Assembly (NCBI GenBank): GCA_050251055.1 | Contig: JBFWNL010000003.1 | Coordinates: forward strand, 192,001 to 256,000 | DNA: 64,000 bases | Source of the DNA: Bacteriovoracia bacterium | GTDB lineage: Bacteria > Bdellovibrionota > UBA1018 > JBFWNL01 | Direction of reading: 5' to 3' | In this document: positions 35,218 through 44,011 of the stretch, in pieces | Numbering within the stretch: position 1 is the stretch's first letter | How the letters are laid out: each line of letters begins with the position of its first letter | Position numbers and translations under genes: made by a program | The notes under the pieces: generated by a model | The model's input: only the letters and a program-made list of their open reading frames with translations | What the model was told of the DNA's origin: nothing | Database searches by the model: none

Positions 35218-36081
35218 CTATACGTCAATATTGACGATTTTCCTTATGACAAAAGAACCGACGATTAGATTTAACAAGATCCCGAACAGAATGATCCAAC
35301 CAAGATTCGTCTGCACGAGCGGGCTGATGAATTCAGGATCGGTGTAATAAAGCACGAGGCCCATCACGGGAGGGACCGCGAGCAAAATCATGCCTTGGGT
35401 CTTCGCTTGGGCCGTGAGCGCGTCGATCTTGTTTTCCACCTTGATGCGCTCGCGAAGCGTGTTGACGATCGTATCGAAAGTTTCCGCCAAGTTCCCGCCA
35501 GTTTCCTTCAAAATATTGACGGAGGTAACGAACATCTCCACATCGTCAGACTCGACCCGTTTAGACAGGTTCAAAAAGGCCTCCTCGAGCGGAACACCGA
35601 GCTTGTTCTGGCTTAAGATCAAGCTGAACTCCTGCTTAATGGGATTCGGCATTTCGTTCACCACCAAGCCCATGGCTTGACTAATGGATAGACCCGATTT
35701 CATCCCGTTAGCCATCAAGGCAAGGGCGTCGATCATCTGGAGAACGAACTTTTTCACGCGCCGGCCATAGAGATAGTCAACGATGGGCTTGGGCGCGCGC
35801 CACCCCAAGGCGGTTACGGTCGCTCCGAATAAAAACCCCGGGATCACCTTGGGCAAAAGCAATAGGAACACGAGCGCGCCCGAGCCAAAGCTGATTACGA
35901 ACTGCCCCACGAGGATGTAATTTGAAGGCAGCTCCACGAACATGATGGAAAGCTTCTCGACGATGTAGTCGCGGGTTCCCAACGACTGGAAACGCAGCCA
36001 CTCCAAGAAACGTTTGTTGTACGAGTACGTCAGACCGAATGCGGCCACGCCAAACGTCAAGTATGCGATGTACTTCAACAT
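35218..36081 (-). CDS. tadB: Tad pilus platform protein TadB (T2SS F family)
   Basis: DALALMANGMKSGLS, ETGGNLAE, LRERIK..KIDALTAQAK, C-terminal KIVNIDV. Confidence 0.9.
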   Translation of the reverse strand: MLKYIAYLTFGVAAFGLTYSYNKRFLEWLRFQSLGTRDYIVEKLSIMFVELPSNYILVGQFVISFGSGALVFLLLLPKVIPGFLFGATVTALGWRAPKPIVDYLYGRRVKKFVLQMIDALALMANGMKSGLSISQAMGLVVNEMPNPIKQEFSLILSQNKLGVPLEEAFLNLSKRVESDDVEMFVTSVNILKETGGNLAETFDTIVNTLRERIKVENKIDALTAQAKTQGMILLAVPPVMGLVLYYTDPEFISPLVQTNLGWIILFGILLNLIVGSFVIRKIVNIDV

Positions 36082-36090
36082 GCCGTTCCC

Positions 36091-38262
36091 CTATTTCGCC
36101 GCGAACAGACCGCGCGAAATCTTCATGCCCTTGGCTTCCATGTCCTCCACGAACTTCGGAACGAAGCCCGTCGGCACGAAACGACCGAGCACTTTGCGTT
36201 TCTTGTCCAAACCTTCCTGACGGAACTCGAAAATATCCGTGAGGGTAATCACATCGCCCTGCATTCCGTTCACTTCCGTGATCGCCGTAACCTTGCGGGA
36301 CCCGTCGCTCAAACGGCTTTGCTGAATAATCAGATGCACCGCAGAAGCGATGGTTTCCTTGATCGCCTTGGAAGACAAGCCTAGGCCCGCCATCATAACG
36401 AGCGTCTCCAGGCGGGAAATCGCTTCGCGCGGGTTGTTCGCGTGAATGGTCGTGAGTGACCCGTCGTGGCCAGTGTTCATCGCCTGCAGCATGTCCAAAG
36501 CCGCGCCGTCACGGCACTCGCCAACCACGATGCGCTCCGGGCGCATACGCAACGAAGCCTTGACGAGATCGCGGATGGTGACCTCGCCTTCGCCTTCGAT
36601 GTTCTTCGGCCGCGACTCCAGGCGCACCACGTGATCTTGGCCCAGCTGCAACTCGGCGGAGTCCTCGATGGTAATAATGCGCTCGTTCTGCGGAATAAAA
36701 TTAGACAGCACGTTGAGCAGAGTCGTCTTACCGGAGCCGGTGCCCCCGGAAACCACGATATTCAAACGCGCTTCGACGCAGCAGCGCAGAAAGTCGGCGA
36801 TCTCCTGGGTCATGGATCCAAAGCCGATCAGGTCCTTGGCGACGATGCGTTTCTTGGGGAATTTACGGATAGTGATGGTCGGTCCCCGCAAAGCCAGCGG
36901 GGGAATGATGATATGGACGCGAGAGCCATCGGGCAGGCGCGCGTCCACGAAGGGAACCTTTTCATCCACGCGCCGACCGAGCGGGGTGACGATACGCTCG
37001 ATCACGTTGCGCATCTGCAGCTCACTCGAAAACGTCACCTTCGACATCTGCGGCTTGCCGGCGCGTTCGATATAGATCTGATCGCGGGCATTGACCATGA
37101 TTTCCGTCACGCTCTCGTCTGCGAGCAAGTCCTCAAGGGGCCCCAAGCCCAAGGCCTCGTCCAAAACCTCCTTAAGCATCTGGCTTTTCAGCTCGCGCGT
37201 ATTCAGGAGCGTTTCGGTGTCTTCGGTGGCCATGATATCCAGGATGCCCTTACGGGTCTTTTCGTAGAGGATTTTGCGCTGTTTGGGATCGTTGCTTTCG
37301 GTATTGGTGTTCTTGAGATCCATCGTCTCCACCAAGGCCTTGTGGATCCGCAGCTTCATCGCCGTCCAAGGATCAATTGGCGCGGAAAGGCTGCGCCCCC
37401 CCGGCCCGCTTCCTTCGGAAGCCGATCCGCCTTCGGCACCCGCGACATCCTGGGTCTTCAGAAGGGTCTGCGTCTTAGCGACCAGCCCCGTTGGTTTTTT
37501 TAACTGGGACAAGGTCTCGAGCAATTTTCCTTGCTGGATTTTGCGAACCAGGTCGCTGTAGGCACGCGCGATAGGGGCGCTCGGGGCGGCCAGACAGAGC
37601 GGAATGCCTTTGGCGAGCGAACCATCGCACGTCGTGACGTCGTCCGGAATGGCGGCGTAGATCGGTCGGTTCAGATTTTTCTGGATGATCTGCGGATTGA
37701 TGAGGTTCGCCTGCGAATACTTGTTCACGATGATCTGCACCATTTCAGGAGGGAAGAGCAGCTCCTGAATCTTGCCCAAAATGCGCTTGGTCTGGTTGAC
37801 CACGATGACATCCGCGGTAGTCACCACGAAGATCGCGGTAGCGAACTCCAGCGTCTTCATCACGTGCGCGTCCATCGTGCTACCGCAGTCGACCACGACC
37901 AGGCTGAACACGTTCGTGACCGCCTTGAAAAAACGGCCCAGTCCATCCAGATCCAAATCGGCCACCGCAAAGGCTTCGCGAGGCGCGGCTATGTAGCTAT
38001 AGCCCGCCGGTGAGTTAGTCATGTACGGGGCCAGCGTCTTGGGATCGATCGGGCCCGGGGGCATGCGCGTGACGTCGACGATCGACTGCTTCGGGTTTTG
38101 GCCCAAGATGATGTTCTGGTCGCCCAGGCTGTTGAGATCCAGGTCGACGATCAGCGGGCGCTGCTTGAAGTTCTGGAGGTATGCGATTGAAAGGTTGGCC
38201 GCGAGCACGCTCTTGCCCACGCCGCCCTTTCCGCCTACCACCGCTATGATATGACCCGGCAT
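36091..38262 (-). CDS. tadA: Fused TadZ/CpaE-like MinD domain + TadA/CpaF assembly ATPase
   Basis: N-terminal GGKGGVGKS; C-terminal [40 protein letters not shown]. Confidence 0.92.
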   Translation of the reverse strand: MPGHIIAVVGGKGGVGKSVLAANLSIAYLQNFKQRPLIVDLDLNSLGDQNIILGQNPKQSIVDVTRMPPGPIDPKTLAPYMTNSPAGYSYIAAPREAFAVADLDLDGLGRFFKAVTNVFSLVVVDCGSTMDAHVMKTLEFATAIFVVTTADVIVVNQTKRILGKIQELLFPPEMVQIIVNKYSQANLINPQIIQKNLNRPIYAAIPDDVTTCDGSLAKGIPLCLAAPSAPIARAYSDLVRKIQQGKLLETLSQLKKPTGLVAKTQTLLKTQDVAGAEGGSASEGSGPGGRSLSAPIDPWTAMKLRIHKALVETMDLKNTNTESNDPKQRKILYEKTRKGILDIMATEDTETLLNTRELKSQMLKEVLDEALGLGPLEDLLADESVTEIMVNARDQIYIERAGKPQMSKVTFSSELQMRNVIERIVTPLGRRVDEKVPFVDARLPDGSRVHIIIPPLALRGPTITIRKFPKKRIVAKDLIGFGSMTQEIADFLRCCVEARLNIVVSGGTGSGKTTLLNVLSNFIPQNERIITIEDSAELQLGQDHVVRLESRPKNIEGEGEVTIRDLVKASLRMRPERIVVGECRDGAALDMLQAMNTGHDGSLTTIHANNPREAISRLETLVMMAGLGLSSKAIKETIASAVHLIIQQSRLSDGSRKVTAITEVNGMQGDVITLTDIFEFRQEGLDKKRKVLGRFVPTGFVPKFVEDMEAKGMKISRGLFAAK

Positions 38263-38270
38263 TCGACTCC

Positions 38271-39881
38271 CTATTTCACCTTGACCCGGAAGTTCTTTTC
38301 CAAGTCCTTCGTTCCCTGTGAAGCGTTCGCGATGATCTGGGGGGTGACGAAGATCACGAACTGCGACTTCTTCTTCGAGTAAGCTTTTGAGCGCAGCAAG
38401 CTGAACAACGGACTCGTCGTCGGATTGGCGAATCCGCCCGCGGCCGGGTCGTCCTTATTGAAGTTCGTCTGCACATCCGCCGAATTTACACCCGCCAAAG
38501 CCGCGCTTTCGTTGGATTTGATGTAAACCTTGGTCGTGACCTCATGCTGGGCCGTGATGGGCGCCGTGCCCGCCTTACCGACTAAGTTCGACTGCTTGAG
38601 CTCGAGGTCCATCGAGATATCCTCGCTCTGGCCGACGATCGCCGGGGTAATCTTGAAGGAAATTCCGACCCCTGCGGTGGAGGTGGCGACCTCGCCATTT
38701 GGTCCCTGCACCGCGAACGGAATCTGCGTTTCGTCGCGCAACACGCCAGACTCGCGGTTGCGGATCACGAGGGTACCCGTCTTAAGGATCCGGGCGAAAC
38801 CTGCGTTCTGCGCGCTTTGCAGCTTGGGAAAGAGGCTCGAGAGCGTCGCCGTAAAAGAGGCCGTGGTGGAGCTATCCGCGCCGCTACTACCCGTGCCCGT
38901 GGTGCCCACGGTCACCTGCGGATCGGCGGTGAAGCCGGGCTGCCACTTGAATCCGAAGACGTCTTGGTAGTCTTTGGAGAGCTCCACGAAGTGCACCGTG
39001 ATACGCACCAATTTTTCCTGCTTCTTCTGGGGCGGTGGATTCACGACCATGAAGTTCTGAATGAGGCTTTGCGGAGGCAGGCGCTGCGCGGTGGCGTCGG
39101 CGGCCAGTGCGTTGCCGGGCCGAATCTCCGGAATATATTGGAAAGCGATGCGCTCTACGCGCTTGGCCTGATCGACCCGATCCACGGTTCCTTCAAGCCA
39201 AATACGGCCGTTCACCACGCGAGTGGTAACGTTCGGAGCGATCGCGTTCACGTCCTTCTTGATCCGGTCCGCCAGGTACTGCAGCGCAATTGGCGAGAGC
39301 GTGACGAGGTTCAGGACGTTTTCCCCGTAAGTCTTGTCCGAAAGGATTTGCGATAGGCGCGCGTAGTCGGCGGGGACCAGCACCTCGCCATCGATTACGA
39401 TCTTTGTGCCCATGATGCGCGTCTTAACGCCCTCTACGTCGCGAAGCAGGGCTTCGATTTCAGCCTGTGTTTTCGTGAGGTGGGTCGCCGCCACCTGAAC
39501 GTGGAAAATCAGGCGCAGGTTGCCCTTGTCGTCACGCACGGAAACGTTGGTTTCGCCCGGCTTGAGTGGCTTGAAGATCAGCTGCCGGCGATCGCCGTCA
39601 CTGATGCGCACGAAGGTGGTCTTCACGACGGTCTCGTTACCCGAGGTGATGCCGCCCGGATCCACGTTGGCGTCGAAGTCCAAATCGATCACCCGATCCT
39701 CGCCCTGCACGAGCAGGACTTCGCGCCGGTCCGCATCTCTTTCCGAGCGATCGCTCGTTAGGCGCGGCTTGGCCGGAGGTTTCGCGCCCGAATCCGGCGC
39801 CCAAGCTCCAACACAAACCCAGGCGCACGCCGCCACCGCGACCGCCCACCCAGATTTCAAGCCTTTGCGTCTACTCAACAC
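38271..39881 (-). CDS. cpaC: Tad secretin CpaC/RcpA with BON-like domains
   Basis: KPGETNVSV N-domain, BON-like segments, VHFVELSK, PLFSLLRSK..SKKKSQFVIFVTP. Confidence 0.85.
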   Translation of the reverse strand: MLSRRKGLKSGWAVAVAACAWVCVGAWAPDSGAKPPAKPRLTSDRSERDADRREVLLVQGEDRVIDLDFDANVDPGGITSGNETVVKTTFVRISDGDRRQLIFKPLKPGETNVSVRDDKGNLRLIFHVQVAATHLTKTQAEIEALLRDVEGVKTRIMGTKIVIDGEVLVPADYARLSQILSDKTYGENVLNLVTLSPIALQYLADRIKKDVNAIAPNVTTRVVNGRIWLEGTVDRVDQAKRVERIAFQYIPEIRPGNALAADATAQRLPPQSLIQNFMVVNPPPQKKQEKLVRITVHFVELSKDYQDVFGFKWQPGFTADPQVTVGTTGTGSSGADSSTTASFTATLSSLFPKLQSAQNAGFARILKTGTLVIRNRESGVLRDETQIPFAVQGPNGEVATSTAGVGISFKITPAIVGQSEDISMDLELKQSNLVGKAGTAPITAQHEVTTKVYIKSNESAALAGVNSADVQTNFNKDDPAAGGFANPTTSPLFSLLRSKAYSKKKSQFVIFVTPQIIANASQGTKDLEKNFRVKVK

Positions 39882-39885
39882 GCCG

Positions 39886-40725
39886 TTATCTCCTCAACCC
39901 GTTGTTGGCCGGCAGGCGCGCGGCATCCCCGAGCACGTCTTGCATGCTGAGGCCGGGCGCCGAAACCCGATCGTTGTCGTCGTTGTTGCGCAAGGAAAGC
40001 GCGATCGTGTTCTTGTTGTCGGCCGCGATGAGCGCGAGCTTCTGGGCGTCGCCCGGCTCGACCTCCACCGTCACGGAAGCGAACCCGTCGAAGCGCGTAA
40101 GCGACTTCAAGCTCATCTTGTTGTCTCCCATCGAGTCTTCCAGCACGCGGGCCACGTTGTTGGTGACGTTGCGGCCCACGGCGAGCACGCCCACATCCTG
40201 CAATACCGTTTTGGCCACCTTCACGGCGCCCAGACCCACGCCTACTTCCATCACGGCAATCAAGTCTACCCGGTCGCCAGGCTTCACAAGCTTGCCCACG
40301 CCGGTTACCTCGTTCACGGGAATGGTCACCGCCCGACGTCCCGGCGTCACCTGCGGGGCGAGCCCCGTGCGAATGCTGGGTTCAGTAAGCTTGTTGTAGG
40401 TCAGCTGTTCGCCTTTTTTGATGGGCACGATAGCGACGGAACCCGACAGCGCGCGCATGTCCTTCGGGAGCGAATCATCGTCCTTCACCTTCTGGTTGAA
40501 CCAAACCGACGCCGGCTCTAAAAACTGCTTTGGAACGCTCTTCATCTCGAGCATGTTTTCGGTAATGGTGTCCATCTCGCGGATGTCCTTGGCGGCGACG
40601 ACCACCAGGACCTGCGTCCCGAACTTCTTCTCGGCCTCGTTCTCGATGCTGCTCACGTAAGTCTGCATGAAGAACACCGCCAAGCCGGCCATGAAGATGG
40701 ATAGTACAATCGCGCGGTTATTCAT
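39886..40725 (-). CDS. cpaB: Flp pilus assembly protein CpaB/RcpC
   Basis: SAF-like VVVAAKDI, GRRAVTIPV..VTGVGKLVKPGDRVDLI, LQDVGVLAVG, LSLRN. Confidence 0.92.
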   Translation of the reverse strand: MNNRAIVLSIFMAGLAVFFMQTYVSSIENEAEKKFGTQVLVVVAAKDIREMDTITENMLEMKSVPKQFLEPASVWFNQKVKDDDSLPKDMRALSGSVAIVPIKKGEQLTYNKLTEPSIRTGLAPQVTPGRRAVTIPVNEVTGVGKLVKPGDRVDLIAVMEVGVGLGAVKVAKTVLQDVGVLAVGRNVTNNVARVLEDSMGDNKMSLKSLTRFDGFASVTVEVEPGDAQKLALIAADNKNTIALSLRNNDDNDRVSAPGLSMQDVLGDAARLPANNGLRR

Positions 40726-41237
40726 CAGTAAGGCCTCCCACAGTAGGTGGGTGAAACATCATTGGTTACGACGGAATTCGATTGCGTGCAGATCGCGACG
40801 GTGTTGCGGATGCGCACGTTCGCGCGCTGGGCGCGCGGATCGCCCGGGTCATCCAATCCCGCTGGCACCCGCTGTCCCGGGCGGGTGATCGCCTGGATGC
40901 TCGCCTCCGGAATATAAGCGCCTTCATTGTCGGCGTCGGGCGCGAGGTTGTTGGTCACGCCGACGACCATCATGCCGACGTTTTGCTCCCGCATGCGCAC
41001 GGCCACCCGTTTACTCAGCTCGGGAAACGTCGGGCTATTGAAAGCCAGGAACAAAGCCTGCGCGCGTGCGTACTGCTGGTTGACGATGGACATCTGGATC
41101 GCCGTATTCACGCGGACCAACGTGACGGTGACACCGACGAGAATGGGTAATAAAAATAGGAATTCGAGGACGCTTTGGCCTCGAGAGTCGGACGCGAATT
41201 GCTCCGGGCGCGACGCCCGCCTAACATCCGTTATCAA
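40725..41237 (-). CDS. TadE-like pseudopilin
   Basis: Class III signal RGQSVLEF followed by a hydrophobic helix. Confidence 0.8.
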   Translation of the reverse strand: MITDVRRASRPEQFASDSRGQSVLEFLFLLPILVGVTVTLVRVNTAIQMSIVNQQYARAQALFLAFNSPTFPELSKRVAVRMREQNVGMMVVGVTNNLAPDADNEGAYIPEASIQAITRPGQRVPAGLDDPGDPRAQRANVRIRNTVAICTQSNSVVTNDVSPTYCGRPY

Positions 41238-41835
41238 AAATCGCTCCTACCGAGTCCCCGTCCGCCCCACGCAGGGCATCCAGGAACTGGTCACATTCAT
41301 CAAAACTGGGTTCGCGGCCCAACCAGCTCTCCGACGTCAATTCAATGGCGCTCGCGGTAGTGCCTCCCAGTGGGATCCTGATGAGTCTCCCTCGAAAGGT
41401 GTATCGGACTCCGTCTTGCCAACTTAAAGCCCTATTTTTCTTGTCCGTTACGCCCTGTTTGCCGAATCCGACCTCCGCGCCGGTGACCTCTTCGACCCCT
41501 TCCCGGGCGCCCGCCCCGACATTCTGGCCCTTCACCAGGCCGGGCCAACGATCCAGGGTGGAACCGTCCTTCTTGAGCATCTGCTTGAGGACGGCGTTGG
41601 CGTTTTCGAACTGCTGCGACGGCGATCCCGTGGCCGAGAGGTAGGCCCGCGCCGCCATAAAAGTGGCGTAATGAACGTAGTTCCCCGCCGCGAACATCAA
41701 GGCGAGCTGCAGGAAAAACAGTACGAAGAAAAACATGATGGAGAGCGTAAGAATGAACTCGAGCACGGACTGCCCGGAGCGGCCGAGTTTTCTGGCCTCA
41801 CTTTTCTCGCGCCCACGCGCACCACCCGGAAACAT
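41221..41835 (-). CDS. TadE-like pseudopilin
   Basis: SGQSVLEF, hydrophobic helix, YATFMAARA. Confidence 0.82.
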   Translation of the reverse strand: MFPGGARGREKSEARKLGRSGQSVLEFILTLSIMFFFVLFFLQLALMFAAGNYVHYATFMAARAYLSATGSPSQQFENANAVLKQMLKKDGSTLDRWPGLVKGQNVGAGAREGVEEVTGAEVGFGKQGVTDKKNRALSWQDGVRYTFRGRLIRIPLGGTTASAIELTSESWLGREPSFDECDQFLDALRGADGDSVGAIFDNGC

Positions 41836-41842
41836 ACGTTAC

Positions 41843-42145
41843 TCACCTCTGCGGGTTAAAGAAGATACGAAAGTTACCTCGATCCTGAAAACGGGGATGG
41901 AGCTTCGGCCCCCCGCTCTCGTCCGGGCCGATGGTCTGCGGATGCCCGAACTGGTAAGCATGCTTGAAGCCTTTTCCCAAATGGCCCGTCAGCCGGTCAT
42001 TGATGTCCAGGCCCACGATCGCCCGCTTCAGGAGCAGGAAAAACAGCACGACGGCCGAGAGCACGATGATGTACTCGAAAATCGCCTGGCCTCCCTGATC
42101 ACTGGCCGAGGGACGTACCGGTTGGGCGCTTCGACTCAACGCCAT
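41843..42145 (-). CDS. Minor pilin-like protein
   Basis: GGQAIFEY followed by a hydrophobic helix; start at MALSR inferred. Confidence 0.75.
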   Translation of the reverse strand: MALSRSAQPVRPSASDQGGQAIFEYIIVLSAVVLFFLLLKRAIVGLDINDRLTGHLGKGFKHAYQFGHPQTIGPDESGGPKLHPRFQDRGNFRIFFNPQR

Positions 42146-42687
42146 AGATCCAACCCCAATCTCGCCACCGGATTGTCCACGGCGACCCAAACCGCCGCGA
42201 CCGCGATGGGAATCCCGAACGGCATGCGTAAGCGCCGGTCGATCTCCGGAAAACGAAACTTGAACCCTCGATTAAAAAGCGCCATGAATGGCGCGGAAAC
42301 CCGGTAAAAAAAATCGGGAAGCCGCCCCTTGAAGAGCAAAACGAAGAAAGCGATCACGGCGCCGACCGCCACCGAGAAAACCGCGACGTCAGCCGTATAA
42401 GCCAAACCTCCCCAAGCGCCCAAGGCCATCAAAAGCTTCACGTCGCCCGCGCCCATGAACCCCAGCCAGAAGATCCAGCCGAAAAGCAGGAGGCCCGCCC
42501 CCGCGCCCAGCAACGAGTCGGACGCTCCCGACCAGCCCGCTAAACTCGCGGAAACCGCGATGCCCAGCAGGAGCGCCGGCAGCGTGAGCCAATTGTAGAT
42601 TTTTCCCCGCGCCACGTCCGTAGCCAAAGCGATGAGCGAAATCAGCACGATCGCGACGAGATAGGTCTCAGTTGCTCCAAATCGCAC
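42136..42687 (-). CDS. cpaA: A24 prepilin peptidase CpaA/TadV
   Basis: TDVARGKIYNWLT, MGAGDVKLL, MPFGIPI. Confidence 0.9.
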   Translation of the reverse strand: MRFGATETYLVAIVLISLIALATDVARGKIYNWLTLPALLLGIAVSASLAGWSGASDSLLGAGAGLLLFGWIFWLGFMGAGDVKLLMALGAWGGLAYTADVAVFSVAVGAVIAFFVLLFKGRLPDFFYRVSAPFMALFNRGFKFRFPEIDRRLRMPFGIPIAVAAVWVAVDNPVARLGLDLWR

Positions 42688-42892
42688 CAGCAGGAGCCCT
42701 CCCCGTCTTCAAGTTCTTCTCGAAGCTCGCGCCAAACTTCAGGAGCGATTCATCGATGCGCGGAACGATGTTTTGCAAAATAGCCACGGTGGCAACGATG
42801 GCGAAGGTAAGCAGAAAAATGTACTCGAACGTCGCCTGTCCGGCGCGGGCCGATGATTTTTTTGGATTAGAATTTTTAAGGACGCTGTCCAT
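42668..42892 (-). CDS. Flp-like minor pilin
   Basis: AGQATFEY followed by a hydrophobic helix; start at MDSVLK inferred. Confidence 0.75.
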   Translation of the reverse strand: MDSVLKNSNPKKSSARAGQATFEYIFLLTFAIVATVAILQNIVPRIDESLLKFGASFEKNLKTGRAPAGAIWSN

Positions 42893-42957
42893 CTGAGTGC
42901 CACCCCGCACTTTGCTATGGACCAACCAATGCTGTCCGGGCCGATGCTTGGCGCCGG

Positions 42958-43149
42958 CTACTCCGACATCGCTTCGTCGATCTTTCCACCCAGATCGGTC
43001 GTCGCCTTGGAGATACGACCCGCGATTTCTTTCTTGAAACGCAGGGCGATCAAGACCACGGCGAAGAGAATGAGGATGTACTCCAGCGTCGATTGGCCTT
43101 CCTCGTCGCGGATGAAACTGGCGATTTTCTTTGAAACGAACTTGAGCAT
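42958..43149 (-). CDS. flp: Flp major pilin
   Basis: 63 aa, FIRDEEGQSTLEYILIL; purine-rich RBS AAGGGAGAGAGAGG. Confidence 0.9.
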   Translation of the reverse strand: MLKFVSKKIASFIRDEEGQSTLEYILILFAVVLIALRFKKEIAGRISKATTDLGGKIDEAMSE

Positions 43150-43219
43150 AGTTACCAGTTGCCTCTCTCTCCCTTCATCGTCAGAAGTCCGCCCAAACTA
43201 AAGCGAACCCCGTCTAAAA

Positions 43220-43249
43220 AGTATAACTTTATCCGATTATTTGGGTCAA
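43220..43249 (-). promoter_or_regulatory. Putative sigma-70 promoter for flp
   Basis: Minus strand TTGACC-N18-TATACT in the AT-rich gap upstream of flp. Confidence 0.55.
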
Positions 43250-43255
43250 CAAAAC

Positions 43256-44011
43256 CTAACCCTTTAATATAACTAAAGAAAAAGTAGCATTTTGCGCAAA
43301 CCCGGCCCCCTGCATCTCTGCACTCAGTTTTTGGTAAAGATCTTGAATACTTAGGCCATGCCCCTGGAGTTGGCTGAGGGTTTCCCGAAAGTCCGAAGTA
43401 ATTCCATGAGTTTGAAAGAGGTACCAGTCCCCCGGCTGAGCGATGACTTCGATCACCTCGGGCTCCAGATCTTCGCTCATCCCTAATGCCGCCATCGGAA
43501 TGTCCGTCGTGGGGCCCGTGTCGGTACCGAACGGATCGAGCATCCGCCCGTAACTTCGAGGCGTTACCAGCTCCACCGAACGGCAACCGCGAATCATCCA
43601 CGCCGAGCAAACGCCCAGATTCGCGAGCACCATTCGATTGCCTTCCAAATACCCGGCGACCATCGAAGCCCCGCCGCGATCGTGGATCCCGCGGCCATCA
43701 TTATACTGGATGATCTCGCGGTTCGCGTGCACGAACGAGTTAAACAGTACATTGCCCGCGAGCGAGTAGTTGGCCCGCAACTCGAAAGGCAATGTGGCCT
43801 CCAGGTCACCGGCTTCGCGCTCCAAAAAGTGCAGCACCGACTCGCAAGCCTTGCGCGCGGCCTCGGCACCGGCCTTCACGCCGCCAAAGCCATCGGCCAC
43901 CGTGAAGATGCGCCGCTGCTCGTTCATCGCCGCGTGATCTTCCTGGCACGGGGCCGCGCCCGACGAGGAAACCGTGGTAGCCGCCTGGATCTCGCAAGGC
44001 TTCAGGATCAT
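43256..44011 (-). CDS. PP2C/PPM-fold protein with degenerate active site (probable pseudophosphatase)
   Basis: QED and VADGFGG retained; GDS is replaced by GVC, SDG by THG and DN by QN; ATGA overlap with the FHA gene. Confidence 0.8.
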   Translation of the reverse strand: MILKPCEIQAATTVSSSGAAPCQEDHAAMNEQRRIFTVADGFGGVKAGAEAARKACESVLHFLEREAGDLEATLPFELRANYSLAGNVLFNSFVHANREIIQYNDGRGIHDRGGASMVAGYLEGNRMVLANLGVCSAWMIRGCRSVELVTPRSYGRMLDPFGTDTGPTTDIPMAALGMSEDLEPEVIEVIAQPGDWYLFQTHGITSDFRETLSQLQGHGLSIQDLYQKLSAEMQGAGFAQNATFSLVILKG

